Shown here in pieces: positions 46,943 to 55,949 of a stretch of DNA of 64,000 bases. Position 1 is the stretch's first letter, and each line of letters starts with the position of its first letter. The translations under genes and the position numbers were made by a program. This stretch comes from an uncultured Prevotella sp. Lineage in GTDB: Bacteria; Bacteroidota; Bacteroidia; Bacteroidales; Bacteroidaceae. The notes beneath the pieces were generated by a model. It was not told the DNA's origin and ran no database searches. It saw only the letters and a program-made list of their open reading frames with translations. The DNA lies in assembly GCA_945873145.1 (NCBI GenBank), contig CAMCBZ010000009.1:5005-69004 (forward strand), given 5' to 3'.

Positions 46943-48562
46943 ATGATATTCCATCCGCTCGATACAACTATGCAGCCGCCGGTCAGGTTGAACAATCCGT
47001 TCTACTACGAGCCGGATGCGCTCTGCTGTTTGGCGATTGCGCAACTGGCGGCTTATCTTCGTGGCGACAAAGAGCAGACCTTTGCAAAGGGCGCGGTGGA
47101 CGCTAACTTCCAGGCCGAGATAGCCAAGGGCAAGATGTTTGGCGTGGTAGTTGTGCGGCAAGATGGCAAGCTGGGCTACATAGCCGGTTACAGTGGACAG
47201 ATTGTCGGACGCAGCGACTGGCCCGATTTCGTACCAGCCGTCTATGACTATCTCCAGCCCAACGGCTATTTCAAGACGCACGAGGCCGGGATCTCGGCTC
47301 TCAATGAGCGCATCCGCGACATGGAGCAGGGACAGGATTTGCGTGATGCCCATCGGCGGTTGGAGACCGTAAAAGCCCGGCAGGAGCAGGCCATCCAAGA
47401 CTTTAAAGCCAGTCATCCCAGCGGGACGAGGGTAGGGGAGGGCAACGAAGATTATATACGGCGGCGGCAATTCGAGAACGCTGAGCTCCATCGGTTGCGA
47501 AAAGATCACCGGGCTCAGGTGGAGCAGGCATTAGCGGTTGTCAACGAGTTGGAAGGCACGTTGCGTCGTCTTCGCCAGCAACGTCGACAAAAGAGCGACG
47601 ACTTGCAGTCATGGCTCTTCCGTCAGTTCCGCTTGCGCAATGCCCGCGGAGAGGTAAAGGACATCGAGACCATCTTTCACGATTACGGTCAGCAGCAAGG
47701 ACGAAAGATGGTAGCTCCGGCAGGTAGTGGCGAATGCTGTGAGCCGAAGTTGCTGCAATATGCCTTTGAACATGGGATGCAGCCGTTGAGCATGGCTATG
47801 TTTTGGTGGGGCGAAAGTCCGAAGGAAGAGGTGAGGCACCATCTCCAGTGCTACCCGGCCTGCAATGGTAAGTGCAAGCCTCTGCTGTGGTGGATGTTGC
47901 AGGGCATGGATGTGGAACCGAATCCTCTTGACGATGCGCGTCATCAGGAGTTGCCCGTGGTCTATGAGGATGCTGACATCTGCGTGGTGTGCAAGCCGGC
48001 GGGAATGCTCTCCGTGCCGGGGAAGAGCCCGCGGGAGAGTGTCTGTAGTCTGATGAAAGCCCACTGCCCGGAAGCCGAAGGACCGCTGATCGTCCACCGG
48101 CTCGACATGGCGACGAGTGGACTGATGGTGATTGCAAAGACATGGGAGGCTTATCACAACCTGCAAGACCAGTTTTTGCGGCATGAGGTGAAGAAACGCT
48201 ATGTGGCTCGGTTGAGCCATGAGATGAAGACGGAAGACGGCGTTTTGTCGCTGCCACTCCGGCCGGACTTCGACGACCGTCCGCGACAAATAGTTGATAA
48301 GTCCCATGGCAAGGCGGCGACGACCTATTTTCAGAAGATCGATGACCGCCATGTGGCACTCTATCCTCAGACGGGTCGTACCCATCAGTTGCGGGTGCAC
48401 TGTGCCCATCCCGATGGTTTGAACAATCCAATAGTGGGCGATGAGCTCTATGGTCAGCGTGGTCGCCGGTTGTGTCTGCACGCCGAGCAACTCTCCTTCC
48501 GCCATCCCCGTAGCGGCAAAAACGTTACCTTTGAGTGGAAAATAGACTTCGACGAGGAATAA
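46943..48562 (+). CDS. RluA family pseudouridine synthase, long coiled-coil form
   Basis: KPAGMLSVPG, HRLDMATSG, TGRTHQLRVH; N-terminal GKMFGV and CCEPKLLQ. Confidence 0.9.
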   Translation: MIFHPLDTTMQPPVRLNNPFYYEPDALCCLAIAQLAAYLRGDKEQTFAKGAVDANFQAEIAKGKMFGVVVVRQDGKLGYIAGYSGQIVGRSDWPDFVPAVYDYLQPNGYFKTHEAGISALNERIRDMEQGQDLRDAHRRLETVKARQEQAIQDFKASHPSGTRVGEGNEDYIRRRQFENAELHRLRKDHRAQVEQALAVVNELEGTLRRLRQQRRQKSDDLQSWLFRQFRLRNARGEVKDIETIFHDYGQQQGRKMVAPAGSGECCEPKLLQYAFEHGMQPLSMAMFWWGESPKEEVRHHLQCYPACNGKCKPLLWWMLQGMDVEPNPLDDARHQELPVVYEDADICVVCKPAGMLSVPGKSPRESVCSLMKAHCPEAEGPLIVHRLDMATSGLMVIAKTWEAYHNLQDQFLRHEVKKRYVARLSHEMKTEDGVLSLPLRPDFDDRPRQIVDKSHGKAATTYFQKIDDRHVALYPQTGRTHQLRVHCAHPDGLNNPIVGDELYGQRGRRLCLHAEQLSFRHPRSGKNVTFEWKIDFDEE

Positions 48563-48623
48563 GATGGGTAAGAGATAGAAAGCAGACAACCGTTATAAAG
48601 AAGTAAAATGGCCACAAAAAAAC

Positions 48624-48732
48624 ATGGTCAAACGTTCGTCAGCCGAAAGTTAAACGTTCGTCAGCCAATTGGCCGACGTTCGTTAGACAATTGGCTAACG
48701 AACGTTTGACCTATAAGTTGAAACGCTTTTGA
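48624..48732. repeat. Dispersed palindromic element, copy 2 (inverted relative to 8982-9091)
   Basis: AAACGTTCGTCAGCC at 48630 and 48652, inverted units near 48671 and 48693. Confidence 0.85.
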
Positions 48733-48767
48733 TGACGATCTGCCACAAGGATTGCGTTGAGTATCAG

Positions 48768-49340
48768 CTAATTTTTATGTTTTGTCAGTTCCGTTTCAAT
48801 CTTTAGCGGAACCAAGCCGTGGATCGACTCTCCAGCAGCGAGCCGGCGCCGGATCTCCGTGCTGTTTTCCGGAAAGAGCGTGGTGGAGTAGACATGTACG
48901 TTGGTTGGCAGGGATGTAGTGTCGATGGGATAGCCGGGTCGAGGATAGACAGCGAGTTCGTAGCGGCTGAGAATCTCCTCGTGGTGCGCCCAGCGGTTAA
49001 AGGCCAACCAGTTGTCGGCACCAATGATCAGCACAAGCTCGTCGTCGGGGCGCGACAGACTCAGATGCTCAAGCGTCCGCCACATATAAGAGGGCTTGGG
49101 CAGATGGAACTCCACGTCGCAGGCTCTCATCTTCGGCTCTTCCTGCAATGCCATCTCCACGAGGGCCAGACGATAGTCGTCGGCCATCAGGTCGGTGGCC
49201 TGCTTCTTGAAAGGATTTAGTGGAGAGACGACAAAGAGTATCTCGTCAAGACGTGCCAACCGGAGGAGCTGACGCGCCAAGGCGATATGTCCTACATGGA
49301 TGGGGTTGAAGCTACCACCAAAAATGCCAATGCGAGCCAT
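48768..49340 (-). CDS. nadD: Nicotinate-nucleotide adenylyltransferase
   Basis: GGSFNPIHVGH, SP.NPFK, IIGADN, STEIR. Confidence 0.93.
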   Translation of the reverse strand: MARIGIFGGSFNPIHVGHIALARQLLRLARLDEILFVVSPLNPFKKQATDLMADDYRLALVEMALQEEPKMRACDVEFHLPKPSYMWRTLEHLSLSRPDDELVLIIGADNWLAFNRWAHHEEILSRYELAVYPRPGYPIDTTSLPTNVHVYSTTLFPENSTEIRRRLAAGESIHGLVPLKIETELTKHKN

Positions 49341-49352
49341 AGCGTAGTGCGC

Positions 49353-49922
49353 TTATTTCTCAAGGAATTCCTTGACGAGACGATAGGTCTCCTCTTCGGC
49401 CTTCTCCAGGTCGTCGTTGACCACTACATGATCGAACTGAGGGGCGAAGGTCAATTCATACGAAGCTTTAGCCAATCGCTGTTCAATGACTTCCGGTGCG
49501 TCTGTTGCTCTATGAACAAGCCGGTTGCGCAGTTCTTCGATCGATGGTGGCTGGATGAACAAGCTCAGGGCGCGGTCGCCATACTGCCGTTTGATGTTGC
49601 AGCCGCCTTTCACGTCAACGTCAAAGACAACGTTTTCGCCTCTTGCCGTCTGCGTCTCTACCTGCGATTTCAGTGTGCCGTAGAAGCGGTCCTTGTAGAC
49701 CTCTTCGTATTCCAGGAACTCGCCGGCCTGTATCTTCTGTTTGAATTCGTCGGCGGTGAGGAAGAAATATTCCACACCATTGCGCTCGGTGCCACGCGGT
49801 GCACGGCTCGTGCAACTGATGGAGAAGGCCAGTTTCAGTTCCGGATGTTCGTTCATCAGCCAGCTCACGATGGTGCTTTTGCCACTGCCTGATGGTGCGG
49901 AGAATATGATGAGTTTACCCAT
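49353..49922 (-). CDS. gmk: Guanylate kinase
   Basis: SAPSGSGKST, SCTSR.PR, FYGT; start MGKLII at 49922. Confidence 0.95.
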   Translation of the reverse strand: MGKLIIFSAPSGSGKSTIVSWLMNEHPELKLAFSISCTSRAPRGTERNGVEYFFLTADEFKQKIQAGEFLEYEEVYKDRFYGTLKSQVETQTARGENVVFDVDVKGGCNIKRQYGDRALSLFIQPPSIEELRNRLVHRATDAPEVIEQRLAKASYELTFAPQFDHVVVNDDLEKAEEETYRLVKEFLEK

Positions 49923-50200
49923 GATGCAATGATGAATGTTGAATGATGAAGGATGAATTGATGCAATGATGAATGAAGGACAAGCCAGGAGGACGCTGCT
50001 GAGCAGCGTCATACAGAACCAAGCGACAAGCAGCAGAACCAAGTGTCAAGCAGCAGAACCAAGCGACACGCAGCTATGCTACAAAACTGCTGCCTCTGCT
50101 ACGACTCTTGGAGCATATCACTCCCCTCCCTCTTGGGGAGGGGCTGGGGGTGAGGCTTGAGGGGTTGGAGGTGAGGCTTGAGGGGCTGGGGGTGAGGCCG
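49923..50200. repeat. Intergenic repeat mosaic: heptamers, 3x20 bp, REP-like hairpin plus 3x21 bp
   Basis: 20-bp units at 50014/50034/50054; 21-bp units at 50138/50159/50180. Confidence 0.85.
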
Positions 50201-50205
50201 TCCTG

Positions 50206-51081
50206 TTACAATGCGTTGAGCACTTGTTCCTTGATCTGCTCGAGCTCGTCTTTCATCTTCACGACGATGTTCTGCATTTCAGCCTGGTTGCTCTTGGAAC
50301 CCGTAGTGTTGATTTCGCGTCCCATCTCTTGTGCGATAAAGCCCAGCTTCTTGCCGTTGGGCTTGTCCTCGTCGAGCGTCTCGCGGAAGTATTTCAGGTG
50401 ATTGGTCAGTCGCTGCTTCTCTTCGCTGATGTCCAGCTTCTCGATGTAGTAGATGAGCTCCTGCTCCAACCGGTTCTTGTCGTAGTCGACCTCAGGGATC
50501 TGTTCCAGGCCTTTGACGATGGCCTCTTTGATCTTTGGCACACGGCTCTTCTCGTAAGGCTCGATAGATTTCAGCAGTGCCTCGATGTTGTCGACCTTCT
50601 CGTGGAACTTCTTCTCCAGTGCGGCACCTTCCTGACGGCGGAAAGCCTGCAGGTCGGCAAGGGCTGCCTCTATGCCAGCGCGCACGGCTGTCCACTCCTC
50701 CTCGCTGAGCTCCTCTTCTTCCGGTTTGCCGAGCGTGTCGGGCAGGCGCAGCAACACGTCGTACCAGTTCTGCGGCTCCGGAATGCCGGTCTTGGCTGAT
50801 ACCGCCTTGATCTGCTTGTAATATGACTCCACGATCGCGGCATTGATGGGCATACTGGCCTGTGTGTCGTCTTTCTCAATCCAAACAGAAAAGTCCACCT
50901 TGCCACGGATGAGTGCCTTTGCAATCATCTGTCTGATCTCCATCTCCTTTTCGCGGTAGACGGGAGCGATGCGTGTGGAAAGGTCGAGGGCCTTGCTGTT
51001 GAGCGACTTCACCTCAATGTGTATCTTCTTGGCTTGAAAGGTCACTGTAGCGCGGCCATAGCCTGTCATTGACTGTATCAT
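50206..51081 (-). CDS. yicC: YicC/YloC family endoribonuclease
   Basis: MIQSMTGYG, EKLDISEE, KKLGFIAQE..REINT.GSK. Confidence 0.92.
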   Translation of the reverse strand: MIQSMTGYGRATVTFQAKKIHIEVKSLNSKALDLSTRIAPVYREKEMEIRQMIAKALIRGKVDFSVWIEKDDTQASMPINAAIVESYYKQIKAVSAKTGIPEPQNWYDVLLRLPDTLGKPEEEELSEEEWTAVRAGIEAALADLQAFRRQEGAALEKKFHEKVDNIEALLKSIEPYEKSRVPKIKEAIVKGLEQIPEVDYDKNRLEQELIYYIEKLDISEEKQRLTNHLKYFRETLDEDKPNGKKLGFIAQEMGREINTTGSKSNQAEMQNIVVKMKDELEQIKEQVLNAL

Positions 51082-51274
51082 AACGACTTGATATAATTTA
51101 GTTCGTGCAAATATACAAAAAATCGGGGATATAAGTGCCTGCAAACCGACTATTTCCTTTATTTTCTTAAAAAAGCAGGTTGAATACTCGCTAAGTGCTA
51201 CAAATTAACTATCTTTGCACAGAATAGACATACTTGATAATAAGCAAGTGAGAATATACTAAGATTTTTAGATT

Positions 51275-51967
51275 ATGTCTTGCATATTGAATATAGAAAC
51301 GAGCACGAATGTGTGCTCCGTAGCCGTCACGCAAGACGGAAGCTGTTTTTTTGAGAAAGAAGATCATAGCGGTCCCAATCACGCCGAGCGCTTAGGATCG
51401 TTTGTCGACGAGGCTCTTTCTTTCACCGATAACCATGCCATCCCCTTGGATGCCGTTGCCGTGAGTTGTGGTCCCGGCTCTTACACGGGTTTGCGTATTG
51501 GCGTTTCTATGGCCAAGGGCATCTGCTATGGACGTGGACTGAAGCTCATTGGCGTGCCCACATTGGAGTTGCTCTGTGTGCCGGTATTGCTGCATGAGAT
51601 GGTAGAGGAAGAGGATGCACTGCTGTGCCCTATGCTCGATGCCCGTCGCATGGAAGTCTATGCTCAGCTCTTCGACCGTGCGCTCCATGAGGTACGACCG
51701 ATCCATGCCGATGTGGTGGACGGCGAGACCTACAAAGAGTATCTCGACGAGCATCCCGTCTACTTCTTTGGCAACGGTGCGCTGAAATGCAAGGATGCCA
51801 TCAACCACCCCAACGCACACTTCATCGAAGGCATTGAGCCGATCGCCAAGAACATGCTGCCACTGGCAGAAAAGCGCATGGCTCAGGAGCAGTTTGAGGA
51901 TGTTGCCTATTTCGTGCCGTTCTATCTCAAGAACTTTGTGGCTAAGTTGCCACGTAAACTCCTGTAA
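51275..51967 (+). CDS. tsaB: tRNA threonylcarbamoyladenosine biosynthesis protein
   Basis: IETST..CSV, GPGSYTGLRIG, DARRMEVY. Confidence 0.93.
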   Translation: MSCILNIETSTNVCSVAVTQDGSCFFEKEDHSGPNHAERLGSFVDEALSFTDNHAIPLDAVAVSCGPGSYTGLRIGVSMAKGICYGRGLKLIGVPTLELLCVPVLLHEMVEEEDALLCPMLDARRMEVYAQLFDRALHEVRPIHADVVDGETYKEYLDEHPVYFFGNGALKCKDAINHPNAHFIEGIEPIAKNMLPLAEKRMAQEQFEDVAYFVPFYLKNFVAKLPRKLL

Positions 51968-52022
51968 GCAGATCTCTTACTACTCCACACAAATAAATGG
52001 CGAAAGCCACACGTTACCACAC

Positions 52023-52631
52023 ATGAATATTAAAGGATTAGACTATAACACCCAGCGCGAGAAGCTCGTCCTGCCGGAATATGGCCGTGAAGTGCAGAAT
52101 ATGGCAGACTATGCCGTAGGACTGAAGACCAAGGCCGAGCGGTTGCGCTGTGCATATACCATCGTCGCTACGATGGAACGGATGTTTCCGCAGGTACGCG
52201 AGAGTGCTGACTATAAGCAGAAGCTGTGGGACCATCTGGCACTAATGACCGATTTCAAACTGGACATCGACTGGCCATACGATGTCAGTGAGGCCAAGGT
52301 GATCCTTGACAAACCCAAGCCGGTACCTTATCCGATGTCGCGTATTCCCGTGCGTCACTATGGTTCGATGGTCTTTGAGCTCTTTGATCAGCTGAAGACT
52401 ATGGAGCCCGGACCCGAGCGTGACCGCCTCGTGGCACTGACAGCCAATCAGATGAAGCGCGACCTCGTGCAGTGGAGCCACGGCTACAGCGACAATGAGA
52501 AAGTCGCCGATGACCTGGCGCGCTATACCGACGGTAAGATTCAGCTCGACCTGGATACGTTTAAGTTTGAGAAGATCAACATGCGCGAGCACCAGCAATC
52601 TGCTCCTTCCAAAAAACGCAAAAGAAAGTAA
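52023..52631 (+). CDS. DUF4290-like conserved Bacteroidetes protein
   Basis: LDYNTQREKLVLPEYGR, KLWDHL, RHYG; typical position upstream of murA. Confidence 0.8.
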   Translation: MNIKGLDYNTQREKLVLPEYGREVQNMADYAVGLKTKAERLRCAYTIVATMERMFPQVRESADYKQKLWDHLALMTDFKLDIDWPYDVSEAKVILDKPKPVPYPMSRIPVRHYGSMVFELFDQLKTMEPGPERDRLVALTANQMKRDLVQWSHGYSDNEKVADDLARYTDGKIQLDLDTFKFEKINMREHQQSAPSKKRKRK

Positions 52632-52643
52632 TAACGACAGCTT

Positions 52644-53954
52644 ATGGCATCATTCATTATCGAAGGCGGCCATGCCCTGAGTGGAACCATCACACCGCAG
52701 GGTGCCAAGAACGAGGCTTTGGAGGTGATCTGCGCCACGTTGCTCACAAGCGACGCGGTGAGAATCACTAATGTGCCCAATATTCTCGATGTCAACAATC
52801 TGATCAGACTGCTCAAGGACATCGGAGTGAAGGTGACAGCCAATGCGCCCGGTGACTATACATTCCAGGCCGATGAACTCAACCTCAACTATCTCGACAG
52901 CGTGGAGTTTGTGAAGAAGTGTTCGGCCCTGCGTGGCTCTGTGCTGATGTTCGGTCCTTTGCTCGGTCGCTTTGGTAAGGCCACTGTGGCCAAGCCCGGT
53001 GGTGACAAGATCGGCCGACGCCGTCTGGACACTCACTTCCTTGGCTTCAAGAAACTCGGCGCCAAGCTGGAGCACAGTGAAGATTGCAGCGTCTTTCAGA
53101 TACGTGCCCAGCATCTCAAGGGCACCTACATGCTTCTCGACGAGGCCAGCGTGACCGGTACGGCCAACATCATCATGGCTGCCGTGCTGGCTAAAGGCAC
53201 GACGACGATCTACAACGCCGCCTGTGAACCTTATATCCAACAGCTCTGCCATCTGCTCAATGCTATGGGCGCCAACATCAGTGGCATCGGCAGCAACCTG
53301 ATCACAATTGTCGGAGTAACAAGTCTGCACGGTGCTGAGCACCATGTACTGCCCGACATGATCGAGGTAGGTTCGTTCATCGGCATGGCGGCAATGGTTG
53401 GCAATGGCATCCGCATCAAAGATGTGTCCCTGCGCAACCTCGGCATCATCCCTGATGCCTTCCGTCGGTTGGGCGTGAAGGTGAAGGAAGAAGGCGATGA
53501 CCTCGTCATTCCACACCATAACCACTACGAGGTGCAGTCGTTTATCGACGGTACGATCATGACATTAGCCGACGCTCCATGGCCAGGACTGACTCCCGAC
53601 TTGCTGTCCGTGCTTCTCGTCGTAGCCACACAGGCGCGCGGTTCCGTACTCATCCATCAGAAGATGTTCGAGAGCCGTTTGTTCTTTGTCGATAAGCTCA
53701 TCGACATGGGTGCTCAGATCATCCTTTGTGATCCGCATCGTGCCGTGGTCATCGGTCAGGATCATCGCATCCGTTTGCGTGCCGGTCGCATGACAAGTCC
53801 GGATATCCGTGCGGGTATTGCTTTGTTGATTGCAGCCATGAGTGCCAATGGCACCAGCCGCATCGACAACATCCAGCAGATCGACCGTGGATACGAGAAT
53901 ATTGATACGCGACTCAATGAGCTGGGTGCGCATATCGAGCGAGTGGACGATTAA
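52644..53954 (+). CDS. murA: UDP-N-acetylglucosamine 1-carboxyvinyltransferase
   Basis: GAKNEAL, PGGDKIGRR (Cys-to-Asp variant), PWPG..PD, DIRAG, DRGYE. Confidence 0.96.
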   Translation: MASFIIEGGHALSGTITPQGAKNEALEVICATLLTSDAVRITNVPNILDVNNLIRLLKDIGVKVTANAPGDYTFQADELNLNYLDSVEFVKKCSALRGSVLMFGPLLGRFGKATVAKPGGDKIGRRRLDTHFLGFKKLGAKLEHSEDCSVFQIRAQHLKGTYMLLDEASVTGTANIIMAAVLAKGTTTIYNAACEPYIQQLCHLLNAMGANISGIGSNLITIVGVTSLHGAEHHVLPDMIEVGSFIGMAAMVGNGIRIKDVSLRNLGIIPDAFRRLGVKVKEEGDDLVIPHHNHYEVQSFIDGTIMTLADAPWPGLTPDLLSVLLVVATQARGSVLIHQKMFESRLFFVDKLIDMGAQIILCDPHRAVVIGQDHRIRLRAGRMTSPDIRAGIALLIAAMSANGTSRIDNIQQIDRGYENIDTRLNELGAHIERVDD

Positions 53955-53972
53955 CGCAATGAAAACAAGACC

Positions 53973-54500
53973 ATGATACGACGCGAGGATGTCTTTAAGA
54001 TAGGGCGCATGGGTAAACCCCATGGCGTGAAAGGCGAATTGAGCATGCAGTGCGACGACGATGTCTTTGACCGTGTCGATGCTGACTATCTCGTGCTCGA
54101 CATCGACGGCATCCTTGTGCCGTTCTTTATCGAGGAATATCGCTTCCGGTCAGACGACGTGGTGCTGATGAAACTGGAGGACATCGACAGCGAGCAGCAG
54201 GCACGTGAACTGACGGGATGCGACGTGTACTTCCCTCACAGCCTTGCCGACAATGGCGAGTCGACGGAAGTGTCGTGGCAACAGCTACAAGGCTTTGAGG
54301 TGCTTGACCATCAACATGGTGGTCGTGTCGTCGGTCACGTGTCAGGCGTTGATGTCTCTACGGTCAACACGCTGTTGGAAGTAGAAAGGGAAGACGGCAG
54401 CGAGGTGCTCATTCCTGCTTCGGAAGAACTGGTCGTCGACATAGATATGGCGGGCCGTCAGATCGTCTTGGACATTCCCGACGGACTGCTCGACTTGTAG
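53973..54500 (+). CDS. rimM: 16S rRNA processing protein
   Basis: IG...KPHGVKGE, PRC-barrel LIPA..E, PDGLLDL. Confidence 0.92.
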   Translation: MIRREDVFKIGRMGKPHGVKGELSMQCDDDVFDRVDADYLVLDIDGILVPFFIEEYRFRSDDVVLMKLEDIDSEQQARELTGCDVYFPHSLADNGESTEVSWQQLQGFEVLDHQHGGRVVGHVSGVDVSTVNTLLEVEREDGSEVLIPASEELVVDIDMAGRQIVLDIPDGLLDL

Positions 54501-54561
54501 GCATTGTCGCTAAGTCTGCAACGGCTACACCTTATTATATATATAGCATTTAAAGATAGAA

Positions 54562-55764
54562 ATGACAAAATACGCAACTCTTCACAACGATCAGCAGCCG
54601 CGTAAGCAGTCGATTTGCATACTCGGCTCCACGGGTAGTATCGGCACACAGGCTCTTGACGTCATCGCCCAGCACCCCGACCGCTATGAGGTCTACTGCC
54701 TCACGGCGAACAACAGTGTGGAGAAGCTGGCCGCACAGGCCCGACAGTTCAATCCGGCCGCTGTGGTCATCGCCAATGAGAATCACTACGAGGAATTGCA
54801 GGCCGCGCTTTCTGACCGTCCCGACATCAAAGTCTATGCGGGAAAGAAAGCTTTGGAAGAAATCGTGGAGGCCGGACCGATAGATACCGTGTTGGCTTCG
54901 ATGGTGGGCTTTGCAGGTCTGGTACCTACCATCAACGCCATTAAGGCCGGCAAGAAGATCTGCCTGGCCAACAAGGAAACGCTTGTCGTCGCCGGTGAGC
55001 TCATCCTTAGCTTGGTGGCCCAATACCATGTAAGCCTCTTGCCGGTTGACTCAGAGCACAGTGCCATCTTCCAGAGTCTGGTCGGTGAGGATCGAAACGA
55101 GGTGGACAAGATTCTGCTCACCTGTAGCGGTGGTCCCTTCCGTCTCTACACACATGAGCAGTTGGAGCATGTCACCGCAGCCGATGCTCTCAAGCATCCC
55201 ACGTGGGACATGGGCGCCAAGATCACGATCGACTCAGCGTCGCTGATGAACAAGGGCTTTGAGGTGATGGAGGCTAAGTGGCTCTTCGGCGTGCCTGCCG
55301 ACCGGATACAAGTGTTGATCCATCCGCAGAGCATCGTGCACAGTGGAGTGCAGTTCATGGATGGCGCCGTGAAGGCTCAACTTGGTGTTCCTGACATGAG
55401 GCTGCCCATTCAGTATGCTTTTTCCTTCCCCGAGCGTCTGCCTCTCAATGGTGAGCGTCTCGATCTGTTTAAGGCACAGAAGCTGGAGTTCTTTGAGCCC
55501 GACACTAAGAAGTTTGAATGTCTGGCGCTTGCGTATGAGGCAATCCGCCAGGGCGGTAATATGCCGTGCATCCTCAACGCAGCTAATGAGGTAGCTAACG
55601 CTGCTTTCCGTCAAGGCCGTTGCTCGTTCCTTGGTATGGCCGACGTCATCCGCAAGACCATGAAGCAGGCTACATTTGACAAGAACCCAGACCTCGACAT
55701 TTATCTGCAAACTGATAAGGAGGCAAGGGAGATCGCAAGACAATTTGTGGAGGGCACGCTGTAG
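54562..55764 (+). CDS. dxr: 1-deoxy-D-xylulose-5-phosphate reductoisomerase
   Basis: LGSTGSIG, LANKETLV, PVDSEHSA, HPTWDMG.KIT.DSA..MNKG.E. Confidence 0.97.
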   Translation: MTKYATLHNDQQPRKQSICILGSTGSIGTQALDVIAQHPDRYEVYCLTANNSVEKLAAQARQFNPAAVVIANENHYEELQAALSDRPDIKVYAGKKALEEIVEAGPIDTVLASMVGFAGLVPTINAIKAGKKICLANKETLVVAGELILSLVAQYHVSLLPVDSEHSAIFQSLVGEDRNEVDKILLTCSGGPFRLYTHEQLEHVTAADALKHPTWDMGAKITIDSASLMNKGFEVMEAKWLFGVPADRIQVLIHPQSIVHSGVQFMDGAVKAQLGVPDMRLPIQYAFSFPERLPLNGERLDLFKAQKLEFFEPDTKKFECLALAYEAIRQGGNMPCILNAANEVANAAFRQGRCSFLGMADVIRKTMKQATFDKNPDLDIYLQTDKEAREIARQFVEGTL

Positions 55765-55769
55765 AATAA

Positions 55770-55949
55770 ACGGGCCGCCGAGCAACAGCGGCAAACCGAA
55801 ATAACGGGCCGCGCAAGTAATGGGCCGCTGCACAGCAGCGGCAAACCGAACGGATGACTCGGTGATGACAAGCCACGACAAGCATGTAAGCAAGCCACGG
55901 CAAGCAAGCCTCGGCAAGTAATTCGCAATTAGTAATTCATAAGTTATAA
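55770..55949. repeat. Intergenic repeat mosaic between dxr and rseP
   Basis: CAGCGGCAAACCGAA x2, A(C/T)GGGCCGC x3, CAAGCC.CG.CAAG x3, then heptamers before the ATG. Confidence 0.75.

Noticed and set aside
49923-50042. Hydrophobic N-terminal extension of gmk
   Set aside because: It is a translation of heptamer and 20-bp repeats; the canonical start is MGKLII at 49922.
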